Below, one piece after another: positions 37,570 to 50,720 of a DNA stretch of 64,000 nucleotides. Source of the DNA: Squalus acanthias (Eukaryota); contig CM059432.1 in the NCBI GenBank assembly GCA_030390025.1, positions 83,020,001 to 83,084,000 of the forward strand, in the 5' to 3' direction. Below the pieces are notes generated by a model, which was given only the letters and a program-made list of their open reading frames with translations, was not told the origin of the DNA and did not search any database. Positions within the stretch are counted from its first letter, which is position 1. Every line of letters starts with the position of its first letter. Both the position numbers and the translations under genes were made by a program.

Positions 37570-39090
37570 TCCAGCAAAGGCTATGGGCCCGGACAACATC
37601 CAGGCTAGCGTGCTGAAGACTTGTGCTCCAGAACTAGCCACGCCTCTAGCCAAGCTGTTCCAGTACAGCTACAACACTGGCATCTATCCAACAGTGTGGA
37701 AAACTGCCCAGGTATGTCCTGTCCACAAAAAACAGGACAAATCCAACCCGGCCAATTACCGCCCCATCAGTCTACTCTCAATAATCAGCAAAGTGATGGA
37801 AGGTGTCGTCGACAGTGCTATCAAGCGGCACTTACTTACCAATAACCTGCTCACAGATGCCCAGTTTGGGTTCCGCCAAGACCACTCGGCTCCCGACCTC
37901 ATTACAGCCTTGTTCCAAACATGGACAAAGGAACTGAATTCCAGAGGTGAGGTGAGTGTGACTGCCCTCGACATCAAGGCAGCATTTGGCCGAATGTGAC
38001 ATCAAGGAGCCCTAGTAAAACTGAAGTCAATGGGAATCGGGGGGGGAAATGCTCCACTGGCAGGAGTCATACCTCGCACAAAGGAAGATGGTTGTGGTGG
38101 TTGAAGGTCAATCATCACAGCCCCAGGACATCGCTGCAGGAGTTCCTCAGGGCAGTGTCCCAGGCCCAACCATCTTCAGCTGCTTCATCAATGACCTTCC
38201 CTCCAACGTAAAGTCAGAAATGGGGATGTTCGCTGATGACTGCACAGTGTTCAGCACCATTCACAACTCCTCAGATAATGAAGCAGTCCATGCCCGCATG
38301 CAACAAGACCTGGACGACGTTCAGGTTTGGGCTGATAAGTAGCAGGTAACATTCGCACCACAGAAGTGCCAGGGAACGACTATCTCCAACAAGCGAGAGT
38401 CTAACCACCGCCCCTTAACATTCAACAGTATTACCATCGCCAAATCCCCCCACCATCAACATCCTGGGGGTCAGCATTGACCAGAAACTTAACTGGACCA
38501 GCCACATAAATACTGTGGCAACAAGAGCAGGTCAGAAGCTAGGTATTCTGCGGAGAGTGCCTCACCTCCCAACTCCCCAAAGCCTTTCCACCAATCTACA
38601 AGGCACAAGTAAGGAGTGTGATGGAATACTCTCCACTTGCCTGAATGAGTGCAGCTCCAACAACACTCAAGAAGCTCAACACCATCCGGGACAAAGCAGT
38701 CTGCTTGATTAGCACCCCATCCACCACCGGCGTACCATGGCTGCAGTGTACCATCTACAAGATGCACTGCAGCAACTCACCAAGGCTTCTTCGGCAGCAC
38801 CTCCCAAGCCCGGGATCTCTTCCACCTAGAAGGACAAGGGCAGCAGGCGCATGGGAACACCACCTCCAAGTTCCCCTCCAAGTCTCACACCATCCTGACT
38901 TAGAAGTATATCGCCGATCCTTTATCGTCGCTGGGTCAAAATCCTGGAACTCCCTCCTTAACAGCACTGTGGGAGTAGCTTCACCACATGGACTGCAGCG
39001 GTTCAAGGCGGTGGCTCACCACCACCTTCTCAAGGGCAATAAATGCTGGCCTTGCCAGTCACGCCCACATCCCATAAACAAATAAAAAAA
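37570..39090 (+). mobile_element. Second CR1-group LINE family, RT to 3' end
   Basis: GPDNI..VLKTCAPELA, YRPISLLSIISKVMEG, QFGFR, LDIKAAF, GVPQGSV, MFADDCTVF; family 3' terminus plus A tail. Confidence 0.94.
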
Positions 39091-40198
39091 ATCACATTTA
39101 AATCTTTTCACATTTAGTAATAGATGTCCCTTCATCATGTCTACCTATGTAATCATGTTGGCTATTCCAATATGTATTACCTAAAATTTATATCTACATT
39201 AATAAATATATATATTATATAATTCCACCAAGCCTTAATGTTCTTAAAAAAAAATCACATGGAACTTTATCAAAGTGCATTCTAAAAATCCAAGTTATAT
39301 TTACTGCATAATTTATTCAAGTTAAAATTTTAAATAATTGTGGCAGATTAATGAAGCATCACATATTGTTTTTAAATTTACAGACTACATCTTACTGTCC
39401 CACGGCTCATTAGATAAAAATTGGGAGCATCAGATATAAATAACTGAGCATTTGTCACATTGCAGAAGTACAGTTTCCAGGTTTGAGTCTCTCTCCCTTA
39501 TTTGAATAAATGCAATAATATAGGTTATCCATTGGTGCACAGGTACAGCACCAGTATCTTGATTTCTCAGAAACATTAACCAGGGACTTACTCCCTTCCT
39601 TGAAGATTGTATGGTCTGACCCATCTGGCCTTGGTAGATATGGATATTCAGTTTCTTCAAAGCACACATTTTACTGATGCATACATGTGTTCTAAAGTTC
39701 TTTGCCAAAATGAATTTTACCACAGTCTGTCAAGATTTATGAGAAGAATCTACTTAACATCTCTGCCAGGTCCTAGTCCTCTTATATTTCAGCCCAACTC
39801 CTTCCAAAAACAGGATCTTTCTTCTGGTGTATTGCAAATATATCTGGAACATTTCTTCAGATCTTTCTTTCTGATGTCTACAATTGGCTTTTCTATTGCC
39901 TAGTATTGCTTCAAAGACTCTTTTTAATTATCCTTAACAGTCATGTTCTCAATACAGCACTGAGACCACGGAAAGGGACACAAATGACAATTTCAACCTC
40001 CCACCTGAAGTATGTTTGCAATAGTTTTGGAAAACTTTGTGGGCATGTTCTTCTTGGCCAGAACCAGACCAATTTTCTAGCATCTTCATAATCACCATTC
40101 TTGTTCAACTTGCCAAGAAGCATCATCAATTGGCACCCTCCCCCCTTCCTCATAATGGTTTCCTCCACAAATCTACCTAAAGGTTTGGTACTGGATCT

Positions 40199-42404
40199 AA
40201 ATCTAAACAAAGGAAATTACGAAGGTATGAGGAGTTTGTTGGCTATGATAGATTGGGGAGCTTCATTAAAAGGCATGACGGTGGATAGGCAATGGCTAAG
40301 ATTTAAGGAACGAATGCATGAATTGCAACAGTTACACATTCCTTTCTGGCGCAAAAACACAAAAGGAAAAGCGGCCCAACCATGGCTCACAAAAGAAATT
40401 AAGGATAGTATTAGATCCAAAGAGGAGTCATATAAAGTTGCAAGAAAAAGTAGCAAGCCTGAGGATTGGGAGCAGTTTAGAATTCAGCAAAAAAGGACCA
40501 AGAGATTGATTAAGAGGGGAAACATAGAGTATGAGAGTAAACTTGCAAGGAACATAAAAGCAGACTGTAAAAGCTTCTACAAGTACGTAAAAAGAAAAAG
40601 ATTAGTGAAGACAAATGTAGGTCCCTTACAGTCAGAAACGGGAGAATTTATAATGGGGAACAAGGAAATGGCAGAGCAATTAAACAAATACTTTGGTTCT
40701 GTCTTCACGGAAGAGGACACAAACAACTCCCCAGAAATGCTAAGGAAGCAAGGGTCCATTGAGAAGGAGGAATTAAAGGAAAATTAGTTTAAAAAAGTGC
40801 TGGAGAAATTAATGGGACTTAAAGCCGAAAAATCCCCAGGACCTGATAATCTGCATCCCAGAGTACTAAAAGAGGTAGCCATGGAAATAGTGGCTGCATC
40901 GGTTGTCATCTTCCAAATTCGATAGATTATGGAACAGTTCCTGCAGATTGGAGGGTGGCAAATGTAACCACACTATTTAAAAAAGGGAGAGAGAAAACAG
41001 GGAACTACAGACCAGTTAGCCTAACATCAGTAGTAGGGAAAATGCTAGAGTCTATTATAAAGGATGTGATAACAGGATACTTAGAAAATATCAATGGGAT
41101 TAGACAGAGTCAACATGGATTTATGAAAGGGAAATCATGTTTGACAAACCTACTGGAGTTTTTTGAGGATGTAACTGGTAGAATAGATAAGGGAGAACTA
41201 GTTGATGTAGTGTATTGGGATTTTCAGAAGGCCTTTGATAAAGTCCCACATAAGAGGTTAGTGTGCAAAATTAAAGCACATGGGATGGGGGTAATATACT
41301 GGCATGGATTAAAAATTGGTTAACAGACAGGAAACAGAGGGTAGGAATAAATGGGTCTTTTTCGGGGTGGCAGGCTAATACTAGTGGGGTATTGCAGGGA
41401 TCAGTGCTTGGGCCCCAGCTATTCACAATATATATCAATGATTTGGATGAGGGAACCAAATGTAATATTGCCAAGTTTGCTGACGACACGAAACTAGGCG
41501 GGAGGATGAGTTGTGAAGAGGATGCAAAGAGGCTTCAAGGCGATTTAGACAAGTTGAGTGAGTGGGCAAATACATGAGAGATGCAGTATAACATGGATAA
41601 ATGTGAAGTTATCCACTTCGGTAGGAAAAACAGAAAGGCAGAGTATTATTTAAATGGTGATAGATTGGGAAATGTTGATGTACAGAGGGACCTGGGTGTC
41701 CTTGTACACCAGTCACTGAAAACAAACATGCAGGTGCAGCAAGCAGTTAGGAAGGCAAATGGTATGTTGGCCTTCATTGCAAGAGGATTTGAGTACAGAA
41801 GTAAGGATGTCTTACTACAGTTATACAGGGCCTTGGTGAGACCACACCTGGAGTAGTGTGCGCAGTTTTGGTCTCCTTACCTAAGAAAGGATACACTTGC
41901 CATAGAGGAAGTGCAGCGAAGGTTCACTAGACTGATTCCTGGGATGGCAGGACTGTCATATGAGGAGAGATTGGGTCGACTAGGCCTGTATTCACTAGAG
42001 TTTAGAAGAATGAGAGGGGATCTCATTGAAACGTATAAAATTATGACAGGGCTAGACAGACTGGCTGCAGGGAGGATGTTTCCCCTGGCTGGGGGGTCGA
42101 GAACAAGGGGTCACAGTCTCAGGATATGGGGTAGCACATTTAGGACTGAGATGAGGAGAAATGTCTTCACTCAGAGGGTGGTGACGCTGTGGAATTCTCT
42201 ACCACAGAAGGCTGTGGAGACCAAGTCACTGAATATATTTAAGAAGGAGATAGATAGATTTCTAGACACAAAAGGCATCAAGGGGTATGGGGAGAGCGCA
42301 GAAATATGGTATTGAGATAGAGGATCAGCCATGATCATATTGAAAGGCGGAGCAGGCTCGAAGGGCTGAATGGCCTACTCCTGCTCCTATTTTTCTATGT
42401 TCTA
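40199..42404 (+). mobile_element. CR1 LINE, 5'-truncated, among the least decayed in the window
   Basis: ORFs 40101-42315 tile ORF2 from the post-EN region to the C-terminus. Tail ttctatgttcta; probable 7-bp TSD tggatct (40192-40198 and 42405-42411). Confidence 0.95.
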
Positions 42405-42644
42405 TGGATCTCGTACATGGACTGAAGACAGCCATTCAGTTGCATGCCTAGGAGTTATGATCTATGAAGGAGGACTGTTTGGACACATTTTATGCGTCAT
42501 AAAATTAACCTGCACATGGAATTTACTAGTCACTGAAGATAGTCCAAAAGACCTCAGTGCAGTCCTAAAGGACTATGTCCAGGCTAAAGTTGGCATCCAC
42601 AAGAACCCTCACTTGCCAATATGAAACCACTGGGACAGATGCCC

Positions 42645-43287
42645 CTTCAAAGACCGCCTACTTCCACCTCCATAACATCACCTGCCTCCGCCCCTGCCTC
42701 AGCTCATCTACTGCTGAAACCCTCACCCATGCTCTGGTTACCTCTAGACTCGAATATTCCAATGCTCTCTTGGCCAGCCCCCCACCCTCCATAAAATTGA
42801 GCTCATCCAAAACTCTGCTGCCTGTATCCTAACTTACACTAAGTCCTCTTCGCCATTCACCCCATGCTCACTGACCTACATTGGTTCCCGGTCTGTCAAT
42901 GCTTCGATTTAATAATTCTCATCCTTTTGTTTAAATCCCTCCATGGCCTGGCTCCACCCTATTTCTAACCTCCTCCAGCCCTACAACCCTCAGATATCTG
43001 CACTCCTCCAATTATGCCCTCTTCTGCATCCCTGATTTTCATCTCTCCACCATTGACGTCCATGCCTTCACCTGCCTCGGCCCCAAACTCATGAGTTCCC
43101 TCTCTAAACCTCTCCGCCTCTCTCTCCTCCTTCAAATCACTCCTTAAAACCTACCTCTGACCAAGCTTTTAGTTACCTATCCTAATATCTCTGTGGCTCA
43201 GTGTCAAATTTTGTCTGATAACACTCAGTGAAGCACCTTGGGACATTTACATTAAAAGGCGCTATATAAATGCAAGTGGTTGTTATT
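42645..43287 (+). mobile_element. L2 LINE 3' fragment
   Basis: KTAYFHLHNITCLRPCLSSSTAETLTHALVTSRLEYSNALLA; tail gtgaagcaccttgggac..aggcgctatataaatgcaagtggttgtt. Confidence 0.9.
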
Positions 43288-45658
43288 GCATCCTCCAATC
43301 AATGCCTTAGAAGAAACCCTTTTGCCCTATTATAACTGAATCTTATTGCTGTAAGCATTTCCCTAACCTACAACAAAGTTAACATTGCCAGAGGGAAGGT
43401 CAAGCAATGATGATAGAATGTAAATTCTGAATCTCCTAATAATTGACAGCGACAAGTCAATTAAGGAACTAGCAATATATATTTACTTGTATCTGCATAC
43501 AAGGTACAAGCTTATTGCTTGTGTTTATTGCTTATGCACAGGAAGAAGCCACTTTATGCAGCAACTTTAATAAAAATTTGACTCTTTTTCCCCCACATTT
43601 AAAAAAAAAACTAGAATTTGATGTCCTAATCCCTTTCAGTCTCATATTCGGTTATGTGGTCTGTTATTAAGTATTGAGTGCACTTGACTCTTCACTGTGT
43701 TTTTCTTCAAAGTACAATAAATGTTCCAATGCAAAAGGCAACAAATTGCAATCTGAACCAATAACCAGGTTTCCACTTTGGTGCAAAATACTGATCAGAG
43801 CTCTGCAGAATTTGTAATCAGCCGTTTGTATTTTTTGTTAATTTGAAAGAATGTCCATACTCTATTCTGAACTACGATATTTTTGGTGATGAAACAGCAT
43901 TTTAGATTAAAGACTTTTACTTCAAAGGTTAACCTTCTGCTTGTCAGAAGTTGGAAGGGAAGCTTTGCAAACAGCTAGACTGAAAAGGTTTTATAACATA
44001 GTTGTGTACAAACTCACCAATGCACCTACCAAACTGAAGCTCTGCCATAATAAAACATGCCCAGTATAGAAAATCCAAAAACTCCATTAGGCAATAATGC
44101 ATTTTCTTCAGTGCTCAATTTGAATATTAAAAATATTTATACGATTGCTGCAGTCCTATTTTCATTACAGCATTAAAAACATCTTGAACACAACGACACG
44201 ATCTCTTTAACCTGTTCAGTCGGGCCGACTTGTTAATTGAACCATAGGATAATTATGGGTCAATCTACTTTATGTACAAAAATAAGTAAATCTTTTATCA
44301 CTAACTATTGCAGATCTCCTTTAGCATTGCTTAAGGTGAGTCAGTGGTGACACTGTTGCAAAAGGGATTGTTGGGCTATGTAAGTGAGGGAGGGATATAT
44401 ATCTCCACTCTTAGTAGGTTCATATGAGATCTCCCCAGAGACAAGTGTTTTTTTGATTGGTTCCTGGAAAGTAGATATTTTCTTTACCCATTACAGGTAG
44501 GTAAATGTATGAAACTCTGTATATAATATGGTGGTCCTTTTGTTAGTTTTTTTTTGGTGGTTGCTATAAAAGCCACATCCTAAGAAAAGATTAAACTAAA
44601 TTGCACCTTTCTTTACCAAATCTCTCTGCAACAGTACTTCATGTTACTAAAACATTCTACTTAAGTATGCTTATTTAATTCAGGACTTTATTCAGTACTT
44701 CCCTCCAAACCTGAATAATTCCATAACTTGCTACTGGGTATACAAACAAAATTTTTAAGCTCTCAGTGTAAACATAAATAAAAGGGAGATGTTGTAACTA
44801 CTTAGAATACATAAAATGCTGCTGTAACCACTTGGAGTACATGACAAAACCCAACGGACTGCTCACTCCCCACTTGCCAGCTTTAACCTCAGTTATCTCT
44901 ATGTTTGACTCCCAACTGTATTTAGTTAGTATATGACATACTTTGCTTTCAAAGTTACCTCAGAAAAAGCTGCAATTCATGCTTTTAACTTATTTTTGAT
45001 GCTGTACACAAAAAAAACAAAATCAAAATTAGTTTAACTAGGTCTATTAAGGATTTTCTTGGGAGGGGGGTTATTTGCAATAATTTTTTCATGATAGAGA
45101 ACAGGAGGCGGCAGGGGTTAGAGAGAGCAAATATTGTCATGTTCGGTGAATGCTCAGTTATCCTGTCAATCAAATATTTCTAACAGTTATAGGCACAGAT
45201 ACGAGAGCAGTAGTCTGCTAACTCAGTTAGTCGCTTCAGCTGACAGGGATATGTCTGGGAATCTACATGACCACAGGGTTCAAGCTTCAAGTCAGACACA
45301 GGCCTCCAATGGAAAATACTGTTGAACGCAAATCTAACAGAGAATGCCATGGTATGTGCGGTATAATTTCCTTGTAATTTTTTTTGGAATTTCAGCACCC
45401 AAGATGGCAGCTGACGACTCTAAACAGTCATTTAATTGGTTTGCCTTTTCCTTCCCTTTTTTTGATCAATATCTGTTGCTGACTGTCCATTTTTGATTTA
45501 TAGCTGTTGGAAATTCATGATTGGTGGCTACTTTGATTAGGACGTTCCAGCCTATTCAGTTGGGATTCGTGGCTGATTTCTGAAGGCAAAATATGAATCA
45601 AATATGTTCAATACATTTGCACATACCCGCCAGTTACACATTATTGGATGAAGACATT

Positions 45659-46386
45659 GGCCCGAAAATTAGACCTAATACGCGAGAGTACGCACTGTGT
45701 ACTCTTGCGTTTTAGGTCTCCAATTGCCGGTTTCCAGCATGCACTGCGCATGCGCGGGAAACCGGCACTTCGTGAACTCAAAAGGGGGCGGTTCCTAAGT
45801 GAACCGCGCGCGCGTGCTACAGGCTGCGCGCACGCAGTGCACTTAGTGCTTTGAATGCGCAGGTAAGCATGGAAGATTTTACACATAAAGAAAGGAGGCG
45901 TAAGACCCTCTTTTAACAAGGTAAGTAGTTAATTAAGTATTATTTTAAAAAAATTTCAACAGGTTTATCTTTTTTAGAGACTTTAAAGAAAGGTAAGTTT
46001 ATTTTTATAACTTTTAAAAAGATGTTAAATTTTTGTTTAAAGTGGTTAATTTATTTAACTATAGTTATTTTATTAATGTGATGGTTTTTTTTTAAATTTA
46101 ATTGAGGTTTAGCTGTTCTTTTGGGGGTAAGTTGTATTCATAGCTTTGACAGTTCTCCTGTCAAAACTATGAATGAAAGATGGTGTGCTGCCATTGGCTC
46201 TAACTGAATCACGTGATCCCAGAGCTCGCACGAACTAACTGCGTCTGTGGGTCACGCAAGCACTGCACAGCTGCAGCCTTGAAACTAAAGTTCGTGTGGG
46301 CCCGGAGGGAAAAGGTAGGCGCGCAGTGAGATATCGCGGGGGAAGCCTTACCCCCGCAGGAACGCTCAGTGTTTAATTTCTGGGCC
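45659..46386. mobile_element. MITE-like element with TIRs and multiple internal hairpins
   Basis: Ends ggcccgaaaatta / taatttctgggcc; hairpins at 45671-45719, 45725-45767 and 46136-46174; AT-rich centre. Confidence 0.75.
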
Positions 46387-46806
46387 AATAACATAACACA
46401 AGGTGCTGTGCCACACATGAATGTATCGCCCAACATTCCACATGGTGGATTCCAAATCTCAGCTAGTCCATCAAGTGGTTTGTATCTATTGTAGCTCAGG
46501 CAATCCCCTAGAGGAAACAATCACTCATGTAATTCTGCTATCAATGGTCTGCCATACTTAAAAATGAACACAAAAATACAGATGAAACATAATTTAACCA
46601 TTAAACCTCTTCCAAAAACATTCAAGATGGTAAACGTGCTCTTTTAGAACTATGGACAGTTAATATATTTGACCCTTCAAAATCAGAATGCAGTTTCACA
46701 AGTCAGTTGTAGATTCAGTATGCAAAATTTTATAAAACAGCAAGATCAGAATAAATTTGTGAGCTTCTTCAATCAGAATCACATCCTGTTGAATGACTGC
46801 CACACT

Positions 46807-47671
46807 GGGCTGGATTTTCATGGGAAAGGTGGGTTGGGAGCGGGGGGGGGGGGGGGGGGGGGGCGGCTCCGGTGCGGGCTGGAAACCCAGAACGACGGGA
46901 TTCCCGCAGGCCCTGCCGACTTTAACAGCAGGGCTAGATTTGCATCTGAAGCCTCTGTTTCCCACCCGCAGCCAGCCAGATGGAGATGGTCGCACAGAGG
47001 AGGGAGGGAGACTGTGCCGGCCTCCGGAGGAGCAGGAGGGGATAAGAGAAGATCGGGGCCATCAAGGGACCGGGGGGGGGGGGGCGGGCGGGAGGAGGAG
47101 GAGGAAAGGCCGGGGCCTTTGCGGGTCTGCCGGGGGTGGGAAGAGATGGAAGAGAAGATCGAGGCCAGCCTCAGGATGAATTTGGGGGGTGGGGGGAGGG
47201 GAGAAAGAGGATCGCGGCCGGCCACAGGATGACGAGAGGGGCGGGGAAAGGAAATAAAGAGGATCGTGTCCAGCCTCAGAATGATCGTGGGGGGGGTCTG
47301 AGAAGGCGATCGGAGGCCTCATGAGGGGGGTCTCTGATCATGGCAGTTGTGATATGCAGGCACCGTGGATCCAGGAGGTAGGTGTAATGACACTTACCTC
47401 CTGAATGCAGCAGTCCTCACCTTGCTGTAACTGCCGGGTTTTACGAGGTGTGTAAAACCTGACCAGTGCAGTTAGAAACAAAATGGAGGTTTAAAAAAAA
47501 GCTTCCAGCCTCATTAGAATATTTAAATTGACATCCTGCCTCCTGGCAGAGTGTTGGCTCCCCACCCCCGTTAAAACCGTCAGTGGGCGGGTTCAGGTCA
47601 GGATTCTGATTTTTAACGATTTAACTACCCCATGCTCCAAACCACCCATTTTATAGGTTAAAATTCCCCCC
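46807..47671. mobile_element. MITE-like element (related ends) with a G/purine-rich low-complexity centre
   Basis: Ends gggctggatttt / aaaattcccccc; the GC-rich arms stand out sharply from the AT-rich flanks. Confidence 0.6.
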
Positions 47672-48221
47672 ACAATATTTCTAACACAGTAAGGCTTTAA
47701 CTCCATTGGTGAACTGAAGAAAGTTTGAATCAGGATTCTACTGCAGGCTACGAAAAAAATAATTTACACTAAAAAAAGTCACTTGCGGCCTCTAGTCTCC
47801 TGGTGTGTACAAACTTGCACTCATGACTTGCATATGTCAATGCTACTCAGTAAATGCTGCTAAAAGCATGATCCAGGGAGGCAAGCAGTAAAATACAATG
47901 GAAGTATTCTTAGTTATACTATGTATTCCAGTAGTGATGCGCATTTGCACGAACACCAATTGCATACTTCAAATAAATACACAATACCAGAGTGTTAAGA
48001 TGAAAACCTCACTAGTACATTCATTTTCTAGTTCCTTAGTTATAAATTATGTTGACTACATCTGAATCGCAAACAAAGCAATGCCTTAAACATCTTCACT
48101 ATTATTCACTAAATGTATAAAAGATATCTTGACTCACATTTCATTATATTAAATAGGTCTCTATACATCAAGTACAAAAATCTACCTAATTATTAAAGGA
48201 ATTTACATTAACAGAATCCAT

Positions 48222-48640
48222 GCTCAGTTTGGCTCAATGGTTGTAGTCTCACCTCTGAGTCAGAAGGTTACAAGTTCATAATCTAGGCTGACACTTTAAT
48301 GCAACACCAAGGGAGTTCTGCATTGTCAGAAGTACTGTCTTTTGGAAGAGATTTTAAACGGAGGCCTCATCTGCTTGTTTGGGTGGATGTAAAAGATCCC
48401 ATGGCATTTCCCCCCCCCAAAGAGCAGGGGCGTTCTCCTAATGTACCGGCCAATCATCCCTCAAACAACATGGCAAAAAACAGATTAACTGGTCATTGAT
48501 CTCCTTTGCTATTTGTGGGGCCTAGCTGTGTGCAAATTGTTTGCCTACAAAACAGTGATTGCACTTCACAGACAATTAAGTCTTTTAGTGTTCTGAGAGC
48601 TCCTGAGGACATGAAAGATGCCAGAGTGAGTTTGTTCTTT
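48222..48640 (+). mobile_element. DeuSINE, decayed, near full length
   Basis: tggctcaatgg..cacctctgagtcagaagg; ggatgtaaaagatcccatggca; decayed tail. Confidence 0.82.
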
Positions 48641-48654
48641 CTTTCTATGGGATT

Positions 48655-50720
48655 TAAGATTGATAATCAGCAGGCCCAGATGACCTACACTCCAGAGGGA
48701 GATTTAGGGATGAAATAGCAGGGGTGCCAAACATAAGTTTCCAAAACATGGGGCCATATTTTCCGATCCCTACGGGCGTGTACGGGCTGTGTATACACCC
48801 GTAGGGACATCGGAAATGCCGGTTTCAGGCATGCGAAACGCATGCGCTGAAAACCAGCATTTTCAATCTGTCAAGAATGCTCGACAGATTAGACGCCTGC
48901 CCTAGAGAAGGGCCTCTGCGGGCGGATAGTTCCGCTTTCTGGAGAACCTCCACCCGCAGAAAACCCTTAGAAATCTTACGCCTGGTAAAAGCAGGCGTAA
49001 GGCCTGCTTTTACCAGCACAAGAGTTGAAAAAAGTAAAAATAAATGTTTTCAATCATTTAAAAATACTTAAAATAGGTAAGTTTATTTTTAGCCCTGTAA
49101 AAAACCTTGATTTTTTTCAAAAAATTAAGTTTGTTTAAAATATAATTTATTGTAATTTTAAAAATGTGATTTAAAAAATTTTTTATTTCATGTTTGTGTT
49201 TTTGGGGTGATCTCCATTCATATATTTGACAGGTCTGTCTGCCAAGTGTATGAAAGGAGATTCCCTTCTCCTATTGGCTCCCCATGGCCCACGTGATCCC
49301 AGGGACGCTTGCGAACCGCATGCGCCTTTGGGATACGTGGGCCCTGTGCATTGAGTTTGGAGAGGCCCAGGAACGGAAGTATACGCATCTCGGGAGCCCT
49401 CAGGTAAGTCCGTAGATTTTTTTTCCAGATCGGAGCCCTCTGCACGCAGGAAGCCTCTGATCGGAAAATACGGGCCATTGTTGCAAACAGGAATTGTACC
49501 GAACAGATCAGTGGCAAAAGTTATATCCATGTTCCAAAAAAGAAAGGAATAAGTTAGGTAGCAATAGATTAGTTAGCCTCATGATAGTATTGGAAAACTG
49601 GCTAAAGACAAGGAATAACATTTATAGACAGGGTAATCAAGGACAGTCAAGATCGATTTGTAAAAGGCAGGCAATGCTTGACTAATTTAACTAAATTCCT
49701 CGAGTATAAACATAGGAATGCAGTGAAACAATATATTTGAACTTTTGAAAAGTTCTACACAAGGGGCTTCTTGAAGATCAAGACCCACAGTGTTAAAAGG
49801 TAAAGTGGCAGAATAAATGGAAGGACGGTTGAAGCTTAGAAAGCAAAGAAAATTGATGGATGTTTCTCAGATTGGCAAGATGTTACTTGTAGCATGCCCC
49901 AGCAATCTTTGTTGGGACCTCCCTTTATACAAATGATTTGGACATAGGAGGCAATATAGAATTCTGCTGACAAACTAATTTAGGAAGCATGGGAAACTGA
50001 GGGACAGCATGGGAGATTGGAGATGGACACACACAGGTTAGAAGATGGGCAGATATGTGGCAAACCTAGTTTAACATTGATCAATGTAAGACTGCACTTT
50101 TTTTTTGGGGGGGGGGGGGGGGGAAACCACAGTGTTGTAAAATAGATCTAGGGATACAGATACATATATTTTTAAAAGCAGTGGAAAGGGTCATAAAAAG
50201 GGACAAAATGGATCCTGGGTTTTATATACAAAAAGGTGCTGATTACAAAAGCAAGGTAATGATGAATCTGTACAAAATATTGATTAGACCACTGTTGGCG
50301 GTATTCAGTCTAGTTTTGGCACCCAGTATGGAGACAATGGTCCAAGTAGAGATGAGACTTAAAAATATTAGAGATGTATCCAACGGAGCAGAGAAGGTTA
50401 TGGGGGAAATCTTATAGAAGACTTCAAAATTTTGAGAAGGTTTGAGTGTAAAAAACCAAAAGACCTATTTCCACTGGTCGGTAAATTGATAACAAGGTGG
50501 CATAAATTTAGCATTAGTATTGAGACATAGAGGGCTCTTAGAAGATTTTTTTTCATGCGGATTTATTAGAATGCAAAATGCGTTACCACAAGTGACTACT
50601 GAAGTATTGAAGAAAGAATTATTGAAGAAAAATATTAAATGGGACAATGTGATTAGTGTAGATTGCTCCAATGTGGTAGGACACAGGCACAATGTGCCTA
50701 ATGGCCTTCATCTGTGCTGA
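48655..50720 (+). mobile_element. Very decayed CR1 RT-3' region, interrupted by the MITE at 48751-49476
   Basis: gattgataatcagcaggcccagatgacctacac (KSxGPDxxHP remnant) lies left of the MITE. To the right are atttgtaaaaggcaggcaatgcttgactaattta, DYKSKVMMNLYKILIRP and FFSCGFIRMQNALP. Confidence 0.7.
48751..49476. mobile_element. MITE-like element, same architecture as 45659-46386
   Basis: TIRs gggccatattttccgatc / gatcggaaaatacgggcc (16 of 18 match); hairpins at 48760-48816, 48814-48862 and 49217-49254. Inserted into a CR1. Confidence 0.82.

Noticed and set aside
39430..40190. Cluster of short minus-strand ORFs suggesting a decayed transposase or viral gene (continuing at ~42412-42630)
   Set aside because: No diagnostic motif could be assembled across frames; a translated profile search would be needed.
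40101..42315. Active or domesticated CR1 ORF2
   Set aside because: It is 5'-truncated, lacks the endonuclease and is broken by several stops and frameshifts.
44018..44087. Minus-strand ATG-to-gtgagt mini exon (MEFLDFLYWACFIMAELQFGRCI)
   Set aside because: Good donor but no supporting homology or downstream coding exon was found.
22029..45317. 17-nt match ggcctccaatggaaaat at ~22029 and ~45301
   Set aside because: One match of this length is within chance expectation for 64 kb, and the flanks do not align.
46669..47324. Long overlapping Gly/Pro-rich ORFs (up to 187 aa)
   Set aside because: They arise from G-rich low-complexity sequence inside a MITE-like element, are open on both strands and show no domain.
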